The translations under genes were made by a program, and so were the position numbers. From Saprolegnia diclina VS20 (taxonomy: Eukaryota): a stretch of 51,611 bases of DNA. The DNA lies in contig NW_008246075.1 in assembly GCF_000281045.1 (NCBI RefSeq), positions 520,761 through 572,371 of the forward strand, in the 5' to 3' direction. A model generated the notes under the pieces. It searched no databases and was not told where the DNA came from. It saw nothing but the letters and a program-made list of their open reading frames with translations. Positions 35,147-46,856 of the stretch are shown here, in pieces (within the stretch, counting starts at the first letter, position 1; each line of letters begins with the position of its first letter).

Positions 35147-38100
35147 ATGGCCGAGAGCGGCGCCGCCAAGCCACGCGTCGGCGACCTCTACTGGAAGAAG
35201 GTCGGCTCTAACGGATGGACCCTCGGGAAGGTCTGCGCCGTCGCCGAAGAGACCAACATGGCCGAGTTCGGCCTCGTCGACGAAGACTCGGGCGACATGC
35301 TGCGCGAGCCCCACGAGATGCTCGACCTCGCCGAGCACCCGCTCTTCCCGGCGAATCCGCTCTTTAGGTACCTGCATCTGCAATCGCCGTAGCGCTCATG
35401 CATGGCGTAGCACGTGCGCCGACATGACGTCGCTGCACCACTTGCACGAAGCGGCGTTGGTCAAGAACCTCCAAGATCGCTCGGCGCTCTCCAACCAGCG
35501 CCCGTACACATTCATGGCCAACGTCCTCATCGCCATCAACCCGCTGCGATACCTCGAAGAAGTCGATAAAGACCTCTTCATTGGCAAGCCGCTCGACAAG
35601 TGCCCACCGCACCCATACCACGTCGCCGAGGTACGCCGACGACTGCATATGCGTATGCACGATATAAACCAATGTCGTAGAGCGCGTACCGGCAGCTCTG
35701 CACATTGCGGCCCGTCATGCAGAACCAGAGCATCATCATCAGCGGCGAGTCGGGTTCGGGCAAGACCGAGACGTCCAAGATCATCCTCGATTTTCTGACG
35801 ATGCGCGCGGTTGCGCCGCGCTCCGAGAGCTTTGACGACCACTCGGAGCCCGAGGTCACGACGATGCCCCTCAAGCGCCCGAGCATCTCGAAAGGCCCCA
35901 GCGGCTCATCGCGCGTGCTCTCGTCCTTCTCGATCCGCGACGTCTCGAGCATGCTCAAGGAGCCCAACACGGTCACCTTGGGCGAGCGGCTCATGGAGAC
36001 GATCCCGATCCTCGAGTCGTTCGGCAATGCGAAGACGCATCGCAACCACAACTCCTCGCGCTTTGGCAAGTACATGCGCCTCCAGTTCTCGTCGCGCCAT
36101 TACGAGCTCACGGGCGCGTCCATCGACACGTACCTCCTCGAGAAGTCCCGGCTCGTGCACCCGCCCAACGGCGAGCGCAACTTTCACATCTTCTACGAGC
36201 TCTTGCGCTCCGGTCGGTCGGACCTCCAAACGCTGCTGCATGTCGCCAACGACGACCCGGAAAGCGCGATCCAGAGCTTCCACTACCTCAACCGGTCGGC
36301 GTGTACGAGCAGCGACCTCCTCGACGACGCAGCCAACTTTTCCAAGCTCACGGACGCGCTCCTCATGGTCGGCATTGACCATGTGCAGCAGACGGACCTC
36401 TTCAAGCTCGTGGGCGGTCTCCTCCATCTCGGCAACGTCGACTTTGACGAGGAAGAGACGTCGGAAGGCTTGTCGGCGGTGCTGGCCGAGACGTCGCTCA
36501 CGAGCTTGGGCCATGCGTCCGAGCTCCTCGGCGTGCCGGTCGACGAGCTCTCGAGCGCGATGCTCAACAAGCGCATCACGCGCAGCAAGGGCGGTCGGAA
36601 GAACTCGATCTACTACCTCAAGAAGGACGCGCGCCAAGCGTCCTACTCGCGCGATACGATCGCCAAGAGCATCTACGAACTCGTGTTTTCGTGGCTCATG
36701 CGCCAGTGCGCGTGCGCGCTCGAGTACAACGAAGCGCTCCGAGATGTGCTGCCGTACATTGGCGTCCTCGATATCTTTGGCTTTGAGGATTTCGAGCCCA
36801 TGAACCGCAACTCGTTCGAGCAGCTCTTGATCAACTACGCCAACGAGACGCTCCAGAGCATCTTCAACACGTGCATCTTCCAGGCCGAGCAAGAGCTCTA
36901 CCTCTCCGAGCACATCCACGTGCCCAACAACGTGGAGCTCGCGTTCCCGTTTGCGCTGCCCGGACAGCCGCTACCGAGTCTGACGCCGACCAACGAGTAC
37001 GACACGCCCGACGACGACAAGGTGTCTGACGTCGTTGTAGACCGATCGCGGAGCGGCTCAACTCGACGAGCGAGCTCATCACGTACGTCGACAATCAAGA
37101 GTGCCTGACGCTGATCGCGTCCCGCCAAGGCGGTACGATCCATGCTTTGGTGGGGTACCATCAAGAACTGGTTGTGTGATGCTAGGTGTGTTTGCGACCA
37201 TTGACACGGTCTCGCGGCTGCCGGGCCCGTCGGACCGCAAGCTCAACGAGCGTCTTCACACGCTCTTCAAGCGCAACGCCTGGTATGTATCGACACGTAC
37301 GCATGGAATCGTTGATACATTGATACTTTCTAGCTTTCCGCTGCCGCACCCAAAGGAAGCGCACGAGATGTTTTGCATCGTGCACTACGCGGGCACGGTC
37401 AAGTACCACATCGAGTCGTTCATTGACAAGAACAACAACATCATCTCGGCGCAGTTTGAGGAGCTCATCCACATGTCGCGGTCACGCATTCTGAGCTCGC
37501 AGCCGACGACGACGCCCGTGAGCAGCCAGCTCAAGGGTGGATCGGTCTCGCAGATGTTCTCGGTGCAAATGAAGGGCCTCGCGTCCGAGCTCGAGGGCAC
37601 GCGCTGCAACTTTATCCGGTGCATCAAGCCCAACGCCGCGATGGCGGTCGGCGTCTTTGACCGCAACTCGGTCGTCGACCAGCTCCGCTGCTCGGGCACG
37701 GTTCAAGCCTGCTCGGTGCTGCGGGTCGGCCTCCCGACACGCATCTTGTACGCTGAAGTCGTCGACATTTACGCGCCACTCGTCGGCGACGAGGTCTACA
37801 GCCTCTTCAAGCTCAACGAGCGCCTCTTCACGCAAGCCATTTGCGCAGCCTTGCGCTTTCCTGCCGATGCGTACCGGCTCGGCGATACGCGGCTCTTTTT
37901 CCGGACGGGCAAGATCGATTTGCTCGACCAACTGCTCAACGTGACCAAAATCGACCCGCACTTGCCGTCCGCGCTCGGCCGCTACGTGATCAAGCGCCGG
38001 TGGGTCTCGGCCGTCACCAAGGCCATCGTCTACAAGCGCTTTGAGCGCATCTACCACGAGTGCAAGTTTCGCCGGCGCGCGATCGTGCTCCAGTGCGCGT

Positions 38101-39117
38101 GGCGCCAGCACCGCGCGCGTCTCGAGCTCGCGTCGCTTCGTCGCCAGCAGGCGATTGCGCTCAAGCTCCAAAGCTGGATCCGCAAGCTGCAGATCATGAA
38201 GGCGTTTGCGGGCCGCCCGGACGAGAAGCTCTCGCTTCTCAACGGTCTTTTGAGCAAGCCAGCGCTGCCAAAGGGCCAAAAGTGGCTGCTCACGTGGCTC
38301 GGGCCGCTCCAGCGCGCCATGTACGTCCAAAAGCTCTGCCGCAAGGCGTGCGTGGCCTTTATGGTCAAGCGCGGGTTCCTCTGGCTCTACGAAAACGTGC
38401 GGAAGAAGCGCGCGCAGCTCCTGTTGCAGACGCAGATGCGCGTCTTGCTCGCCAAACGGCGGCTCCAAGAGCTCGTGCGCAAGCGCCGCGCCCGCGACAA
38501 CTGGAAGCGCGCGATTCTCGGTACCTTTCCACTTGCTTGACAGATTGATACTGATCACACGGCATGATCTCGTAGGGGCGCGGGTGTGTTCGCTGTTTTT
38601 GCGGCAGTTTAAGCGTGTACATTTGACGCGCCTCGAAGCCAGCCACGAGTCGCTCACGGCGCACAATGAGGCGCTGGAAGCCCGGGTGTCGGCGCTAACG
38701 TCCCAGCTCGAAGACTTCAAGAAGCAAAACGAAGCGCTGGCCGCGGCGGTCGTCGAGAACAAGCGGCTGCTCGACGCACGAGCTGCGCGCATCGCGGCCC
38801 TCGAAGCCCAAGTGCCCAAGCCAAAGGAGTCGCTGCTCTCGCGCGTCTTCCGTTTCTTTACGTGCAACTCGGCACCGTACGACCTCGAGGACAACGACGA
38901 CGACGCGGCCGAGCGTACGGTGAGTGAATGCAGCTCGGTCGACGACCATGCAAACAAGGTGACGCCGCCATCGTCGACCACGTCGACGGCATCGTCATCG
39001 ACCCCGTCGCCCGCCACAACGATGGCCACCAAGCAGGCGCGGAAGCTCTCCAACTTTGTCAAGCCCGCCAAGCGCCAGCACGAAGGCGTCTGGAAGATCA
39101 GCCGCTTTGTCTTCTAG
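35147..39117 (+). CDS. Myosin heavy chain (motor, IQ motifs, short coiled-coil tail), multi-exon
   Basis: DMTSLHHLHEA, P-loop GESGSGKTE, LESFGNAKTHRNHNSSRFGKY, YLLEKSR, ERNFHIFY, LDIFGFE, NSFEQLLINYANE, HYAGTVKY, FIRCIKPN, QLRCSG. IQ-like LQCAWRQHRAR and LQTQMRVLLAKRR. Confidence 0.95.
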
Positions 39118-40121
39118 GACAGAGCGTACATGTGCGCACGCCAGTGGAAGCGTGCGATGATGGCACATACGACGACGCTACTTGGCCGTTCTTGCCCCCG
39201 ATCGCAGGTGGCATCTACTTCAACAACAGGAAGGTCCAGTCTTTATTTATACAAACAACAAGTTGTACTGCATTCTCAATTCAGCAGCGTCGCGCCAACG
39301 TCAGAGTCAAAAGTGTTGCAAGTGACATGTAGTGGAAGTGATCGGGGCACAGACGTTGCCTTCCTTGGAGTGAATGAAAGAGTTGCGAAGATCCAGACAA
39401 CAGAACGTCAAAGTCGCTTGTTAGTATCGAGAGCCCGTAAAGAAACGAAATGCGTCCACCATGACGGTATCATTGCCCGCGTCAGCGTGCTCGACAGCGT
39501 TTTGCGCGTCGGCAAGTGTCCTCATAAAGCTATGTTTACAGGATACCCGTATGTGTATCACGCATACCGGTATCCTGGCTGTAAGGCTGCCACGTAATGT
39601 AGGAATGGCGTCTTGGGATTGGCCATGTCGCTTTGGGATTTGACCAATGAAATGTTCCCATGTCAGATCGCGGTCAAACTCGATCGCACGGATCTCGAGA
39701 TGGCCGTCCAGCCATCGTCTATGACGCTAGCGTCACGTCGACCATTGCGCACCAATTGAAGCTCCAGATTTAGCGAGCTCATCGCGCTGCGAACCAGTGA
39801 CCTCGGCAGACAAGACATGATGCAGCGTACGCAGAGAAAGAGCATCTCTGATACAATAACAATAGCCACAAGGACGCAAGAACACGCTTCACTACTTTGA
39901 ATATTTGTCTGCATCTCCTTGTCGTCGCAGTGCTTTTCAAAGGAGCAATACCTCGTTGGCCGAGCATACGATGAGTCAAGAAGAAGGTGCCTGCGATATT
40001 CGACGGACTAGACAACCTGTACACAGTATAGCGCCGTGTTAGTAGGTAGCGACACCAATGGAGCGAGTGCAGAGTGCACAAGAACGTCTATCGGTTTCGC
40101 GTCGTTTCAAAAATTTCGACG

Positions 40122-42526
40122 ATGGAGCTCAAGACCGAGGGCGAGGGCAACGACCGCGAGACGCGGGTGCAAGCCCGGCGCGGGCGCATCGAGGCGCGGA
40201 ATGCGAGCAAAGACGACGAGAAGATGAAGAAGAAGACGACGGGCGGTGACGCCAAGCGCATGAGCCGCGGATCGCAGCAGATTGCCGACAGTCTCAACCA
40301 GCTCGACCGACGCAAGGTCGCATTTTCGTCCACGTCCCTTCCATCCACCGTCCTCCCTAGCTGGCCGGGATCCAAGAGGTGACCGACGTCCGCGTCCGCG
40401 CCGACGACAAGGAGAACGTTCGGCGCATCGACGAAGAAGACCGCAAGCAAAAGCGGATCGAGAAGCTCCAGCAAGAAGCCATTTCGAGCGGGTCTCGGAA
40501 CGCCGCCGTCGAGATGCGCTGGGCCGATCTGTACGATTTCAACATGCCCCAAGAGCTCCACAAGGTTCGTTCATAGTCGATAGAGACGGTGATGTCAACG
40601 GGTCGACTGTAGCAACTGCAAGCGCAGGAGGAAGCGTGCAGCGCAATCCTCGAGTCCAAAGACAATGTGATCAAGGACTTCCAGGCGCAGTTGAAGTCCA
40701 AAGACGAAGAGTATGTGATTGCGCTCAAGGTCGAAGCCGAAGACATTGAAGCGCTCGTCGACCGCATGAGCCAGCAGTACCGCGAGATGCAGGAGGAGTA
40801 TGAGCTCGAGCTCGAGCAGATCGAAGACGCCTTTCTCAAGGTACCGTCATGGCAGTGCGCTTCATCGTCAACTCGGAATGCTCTCTAGGAGCGCGACGAA
40901 CTCATTACCGGCAACAAGTCGGAGATCGACTCGCTTTTTGAGAAACGACGCGAGATGGAGATGACGTACATGGAGGCCAAGCAAGCCCGTGACGAGATGA
41001 GTCAAAAGGAGATTGAAGACTTGCGCGTCAAGGACGCCGAGGACTACAACAAGCTCAAAATCAAACTCGAAACGGATATTCAGACCCTCGAACAGCAGCT
41101 CGAAGAAGTGGGGTTTTTGAGTTTTCTATTTCGTTTCCACAATGCAATCTAGATGCGCGCGACGTACCAGCTCAATACGGAGAAGCTCGAGTACAATTAC
41201 CGCGTCTTGACCGAACGCGACATGGAAAATTCGGCGACGTTGAGTCAGCAAAAGCGAAAATTGAGTCGGCTCAAGGACGCACTGAGCGCGCTCATTCAAA
41301 AGTACACGCAAACCGACACGGCGCAGCGGCATCAAAACACCGAGCTCACGGAAGAGTACCGGCGCATCACCAAGCAGTACAAGGACCTCCAGAAGAAATT
41401 TCAACACTTTGAAGAAAACGACGGCCGCAAATTCGACGAAGTTTGGGCCATGCATGAAGCCGAAGCGCTCGAGCAAATTGAGAAGGTTCTGCAAGCCGAC
41501 CGCATCATCCACGAACAGCAACTCGGGCTCGTTTGGGTCAACAATCCTCTTGTTTGAGAAAATGCAACTCAAACTCAAACCATGTAGGTGCCACCGGCGT
41601 GCGACCTCCGGCACGTCGATGCTGTCGTGCTCCGCAAGCAGCAGCTCGATGACGCTAACGCCAAGGCCACCGAAGTCCACGACGAGACGACCGACGTCCC
41701 CGAGCACCGCATCTCGAGCGCCAAACTCAAATACATGCTCAAACTGCTCTCAACCGAGGCCGGGTTCCTCGTCCACGGCGCGGTGCTCCAAGCTATCGAC
41801 AATATGGACGACGACGAAGCCGACCTCGTGCGCGCCGACGCGATTCTCAAGTCGCTCGGCGTCGAATCGGAGGCCGACATGGAGCGTCTTCTCTCGTATG
41901 TTCTTCTTGTCGACTGGTAGCGTCTGGAGTTTGTGCTAGCTTTTTCTTTCACGACGCGCGCGACAATGAGAGTCGCCCGGGTGCCGACGTGGCCAAGCGG
42001 CTCGGGCTCAAGATCCACCCGGATGACGTCATCCAGACCATCAAAGTGTTTGTGCAGGTAGCGGCCAATTGCATTGGGCTGTATACGCAATGGAGTTGAT
42101 GTAGGAGCTCAACGAAGAGAAAAAGGCCCGCGGAAGTCGAGGCGCGCGCCGCCTCAAGGAGAAGATGGAGCAAGAGAAGGCGCAGCTCTCGGGCGCGTCC
42201 CCGTCCTTTCGGAAAGACCACAAGCAGTTTTGGAGTCGCGCCCAGCGCGTCCTGCCCGCCCAGTCGCAGCGGTACGAACGTACGCTGTCCAATGGGCTCC
42301 AAGTCGATGGTTTGCTAGTGTCTGGACGTCGCTCGAGACGGGCTTGACGTCGTACCTCCACGTACTCAAGCAGCGCAAGGGCCTTATCGACGACGTCTCG
42401 ACGCTCCAAGCCCAAAACGTCGAGCTCAAGGGGCTTCTCCGTCAGTACCTCGGCGCGGCCGTGAACGAAGAGCTCTTGATTCCACCGACGCAAATGATTC
42501 GCGTGCAAGAGCCGTCGCACCAGTAG
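40122..42526 (+). CDS. DRC1: Dynein regulatory complex subunit 1 (flagellar N-DRC; CCDC164/PF3 family), multi-exon
   Basis: Coiled-coil protein with LEQQLEE|MRATYQLNTEKLEYNYRVL and C-terminal QNVELKGLLRQYL..VNEELLIPPTQ. Several short GT-AG introns. Confidence 0.88.
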
Positions 42527-42565
42527 TGACGAGACGTCGTCCTGCGAGTATATTATGTAGTACAA

Positions 42566-43287
42566 CTATTCGGCGAGCGGGTTGGCGTGGATCGCAATCG
42601 AGTCGAGTACAATCTCCTTGAGTGGCCGGGACTTGGCGTCGACCGGCGTCTTCTCCATCGCGTCCAGCACGTCAAAGCCGTCAATGACCCTGCGCCATAA
42701 TGAGACTCTCCAAGAGGACGCAAACACGTACTTGCCAAAGACCGTGTACACGTTGTTGAGGTGCGGCTGCTTGGCGTACGTGATGAAGAACTGCTGCTTG
42801 TTGGTGTTGGGACCGCTGTTGGCCATCGAGACGATCCCGCGCGCATTGTGCTACGCATGTATACGATGCATCAACTAGAGACAGCGGTATGGCGAGCGTA
42901 CGCGGTTTTGCGGATGGAACTCGTCGTTGAACTTGCCGCCCCAAATGCTCTCGCCGCCCTTGCCCGTGCCTATGGATGATGAGGAGGTGGAGAATGCTAC
43001 GTGCCGCCAGGGCAGACGTACCGGTGGGATCGCCGCCTTGGATCATAAAGCCCTTCATGTTGCGGTGGAACGTCGTCTTGTCGTACGCGTTGCTGGCGCA
43101 GAGCGCAAGAAAGTTCTACGAGCCGTGGGCACGGAAGGCGGGCAGGCGCGCGCGTACCTCGGCCGTCGTTGGCACCGTGTCGCAGAAGACCTCGATCTTG
43201 ATGTCGCCGAGGCTCGTATGCAGCGTGACCGACTACGTCATGGGATGTGAGCGGCGCCGGTCCAGCATGCATGGGTCGGTCCACCAT
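42566..43287 (-). CDS. PPIL3: Cyclophilin-like PPIase PPIL3; first coding exon is the ATG alone
   Basis: ATG 43287-43285, intron 43284-43233, then [67 protein letters not shown]. Confidence 0.9.
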
Positions 43288-43713
43288 CGTTCAACGCGCT
43301 TGGAAATGCCACGACGTCAAGCAACGTCGTATTATCATTTAAAAGAGGTTTTCGCGATATTGCAAATTCGACTGGGGTTCAAGTGACATCTCAATATCCG
43401 ATTGTAGAGGGTTTTGGGAAAGTTGAAAGCTCACAGAGCCGAGACGAGCTACCACGCATTAACTTACTCCACCACTCACAGCTTTGTACATGGCCGGCAG
43501 CTTTGGCTGCTGCGTCATTGCGTATTGTCTAGCTCATCTAAGCACCGGCTTGATAAATATGCTACGTCGCCTTGCACATGTTGATCTCTGTTGGGAAGCA
43601 GCATGGGCATAAGATAGATTCCCGAGGTTGAAGGAGTTGCACGCATACTGCTGTACGTATATACATTCGCACGGCGATAATTTATGATCAAGGGAAAGAC
43701 CGTACTGGTCGAC

Positions 43714-45645
43714 TTAGACAGTGGCGACCGGGTCAAAGTAGGGCTGGCGCATGCGCTCGAGCGGGATCTTGATCGGCGGCAGGTCGTCCGAGAACGCATG
43801 GCGGGACGTCTTTGGCGGGAAGACCGAGTCGGAGAGCGCCATGGCGATGACGTCGGCTTTTGTGAGCGTATCGCGGCCACAGTCGGGCCACACATCGACC
43901 GTGATCGACTCGTCCTCGAGGTAGTCGACAAGGACCGCAGGCACAGTGATGAGGCCGAGCTGGACGCCGACCGTGTACCGATGGTGGCCATCCAGAATCG
44001 CGCCCGTCTTGCGGTCCACGAGGAGCGGTTCAAGGTACGCGTCCCACTTGACCGTCGCGCGGCGGAGACCATCGACGCGGGCTTCACTCACGATTTGCTC
44101 GTGGGGTTTCAGCCACGAGACAAGGACGAGGGCGACCGCAAGTCGCTTTGGGCAGCGCTCGCGCTCCGTATCGAAGCGGTACTTGTAAAAGTACGAGGTC
44201 GGATCCGTGATGCGCGACACAAAGAACTCGCGGTACTTGTTGGAGCTGTCCATGACATCTTCGAGCGTCTGCGCCATGCGGCCCTTGATCCGCGAGAAGG
44301 ACGACGTCGGGTCGTTGGCTCGAATGGCGTCGAACGCATCGCTCTTATTTGGATTCTTCTTGTTGGGGCGCGACACGAGATCGAGCGACGACGAGGCTTG
44401 GGCCTCAATTGCTCGGAACCGGTCGCGAAAGACACCGCGGACCACAGTGAGCGCAAGCTGTGTCGCGCCCGAGAGCACTTGGATCGATGCTTTCCGAACA
44501 AAATCACGCTTCCGTGTGCGGGGCACGCTTGCAAGGGCGGTTGACGACTCTTCGGGTAGGAGCGCCACCGTCGGGCAGCCAAAGCCGAGGGTCCCTTCGG
44601 TGGGGTCGGCGCGGAGCGTTTCTAGCGGGATCGAGATGGGCGGGAGCGAGTCCGTAAATCGGTGGCGACTTGTCTTGGGCGGAAATACGTTGGGCGAGAG
44701 CGACATGTCGATGACCTCTTGCTTTGTGAGGGAGCTCCGCCCGCAGCCAGGCCACACGTCGACAGTAATTTGGTCGTCCCCCAAGTAGTCGACGAGCACC
44801 ACAGGCACTTGCTTCAGCTGGAGCTGGAGGCCGACCGTGTACCGGTGGTGCCCATCGAGGATTGCGCCGGTCTTGACATCGACGAGGAGCGGCTCCGTGT
44901 AGGCGTCCCACTTGATTGTGGCCTTCTTCAGGCCATCGACGCGCTCCCAGCTCACGATTTCTTCGTGCGGCTTGAGCCATGAGAGGCACACGAGGACGAC
45001 AGTTGCTTTCTTGGGCTCCGTCTCGGCGTCCGACCGGTACTTGTAAAAGTACGACGTGGGGTCTGTGAAGCGCGAGACGAAGAAGTCCATGCTGACGTTG
45101 ATCCCACCCGTGGCGCCTATACGCACGCAACCTTTCGCATCAGTCAACAGCGTGCGGGACGGACAATCGACGTACCGCTGTTGGAGCGTGGCCGGAACGA
45201 GGTGTCATCGCGGGTCGTGGACTGCCAGAGGTGCTTGCGGTTCGTCTTGCTGGATGACGGTGCGGTAAGCGCTGTGGTCGAATCGTTCGTCGGCTGGTCG
45301 ACATCGTCCATGAGATGGTCAAAGATGCTGTGGAGCGCGCTCGTCGTGTAGCCTTGCGCGCTCATGAAGAGACGCATCGAGATCTGCTTGAGGACATCGC
45401 GCTTGCGTCGCCGAGGAACCTCAATGAGGTCCGAGCTTGCGTGCTCGTCGTCGGTGTGATCGCGCTTGGCACGCTTCGGGCTTGGCACCTCGGGCGTCTC
45501 GGGCTTCTCGCGGTAGGTCAACGTCTTCTCGTAGCCGAGAGCAGGCTCCGTCGCCTCAAGTTCCCTAGGTCCATGGACATGCATGAGGTCGTCGGCTTCC
45601 TCGCAGCATGGAGGCTTCCGCGTACATGCTTCGAAGCGGCAGCAT
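43714..45645 (-). CDS. Protein with two tandem ParB/Srx-family domains resembling the SerK/SbnI free L-serine kinases; 3 exons
   Basis: Two copies of LKPHE..., EPLLVD..TGAILDGHHRY, VLVDY, VDVWP, LTK..VI.M, FPPKTSRH. In-frame intron 45175-45117 and a 5' GTACGC..CCTAG intron give start MLPLRSMELEATE at 45645. Confidence 0.85.
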
Positions 45646-45659
45646 CGTCGACGGCGCGT

Positions 45660-45674
45660 CAAATTGAGGAATGT
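45660..45674 (-). promoter_or_regulatory. Oomycete INR/FPR core promoter element
   Basis: Minus-strand ACATTCCTCAATTTG matches the oomycete CATTYYNCAWTTT-type initiator/FPR consensus, ~15-30 nt upstream of ATG 45645. Confidence 0.65.
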
Positions 45675-45930
45675 TGCGACGTACAAGAGGCTCATCATTC
45701 TGAATTTAATTGGTGCAATTCAGTGCTGCATACATTCCCCAAGCTTATCCCTTGGAGCGTTACACGTGATTATTATAATACAATGATGCGAATAAAAACA
45801 CTCGAGATTTTATTGATTTTACGCCCCTTGACAGCACATTCATCATTGGCGGGCCGCTATTTTAAAACACGTGCACTGCGTATTTTAATACAAACATCAC
45901 CGCGCTATGAAACGCTCCGTCGCGCCGATG

Positions 45931-45969
45931 CTGATTGGTAACACGTCATTGACAATTTTGGCCAATCAG
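45931..45969. promoter_or_regulatory. Inverted pair of CCAAT boxes in the divergent intergenic region
   Basis: CTGATTGG at 45931-45938 and CCAATCAG at 45962-45969, between the SerK-like gene (-) and CRT-like copy A (+). Confidence 0.45.
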
Positions 45970-46856
45970 CGCGGTGCAGATCCGACCAGGAGGCTTCTTT
46001 TTTGCAGCATTTCTTGACGTACCTCTGTCTATCGATGTTCTGTTGCAATGCATAAAGCAAATTACTTATTCCAATATCATGTCGATTTAAAAAACCGTTA
46101 TACATGCATAGAATGCGTGATGCGATTTTGTAATAAAAAGAATAGAAGTGGCGCCAAATTGATGTCCGAGCAGCTTTCGTCGACGGTACAAAATTGTAGC
46201 TTTCTCGGGTCCGACAACTCGCACGCGCAAGATGCATTTGTCCGCAAAAGCTCGCACTCATAGAGGGATTCTTTCGGCGGGCCAATATTCGACCCGTCGA
46301 AACGCAATATTCCTCCAATTCTCGTAAAATTGTACTAGTACAAGTCTTTTGCGCCAATAATCCCCGCATCGAAGCGGTTTGGTGTTGCTCTGTCCGTCAT
46401 ACCCGACAAGCGTTATAACTGATTCTAGCTTAAGTCATTGGCATGCTTCAGTACGTATCTTTACACTGTGACACATACCACCTCGCTCACTCGCTCCAAT
46501 GTTCTTGCTCAATGCGATCCTTGCACCAGCATTGCTGTGCGCGAGGTACCAGTACAGGTATGATCCTTGTCCGTTTTGACCCTTCCGCTCCCACTTCTTC
46601 TTTTGTTCTCCAGATGAACTTCTGCGGTTACTGATCAGAGCAGTCAGAACCATGACGTGGCGCGTCAGCTGCCGTCTCCTCGATCGGACGTATTGTGCAG
46701 GGTCAGAACAGGGTAGCCCAAGCCACCAAGTGGTATCCGCGACTATATAAATGGGAGCACTTAGTATCTTTGAGATGGCATTGTACACCGTGCAAGTGTT
46801 GGACAATTGTTCGATTCCTGGTAGCGAATCGATTTAAGCTTCGAAAATCCCGGCCT

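Noticed and set aside
43714..45147. Interpretation as a plasmid/chromosome-partitioning ParB, a sulfiredoxin, or bacterial contamination
   Set aside because: No HTH or ParA partner, no GCHR catalytic Cys, and the gene has spliceosomal introns and a host-type promoter.
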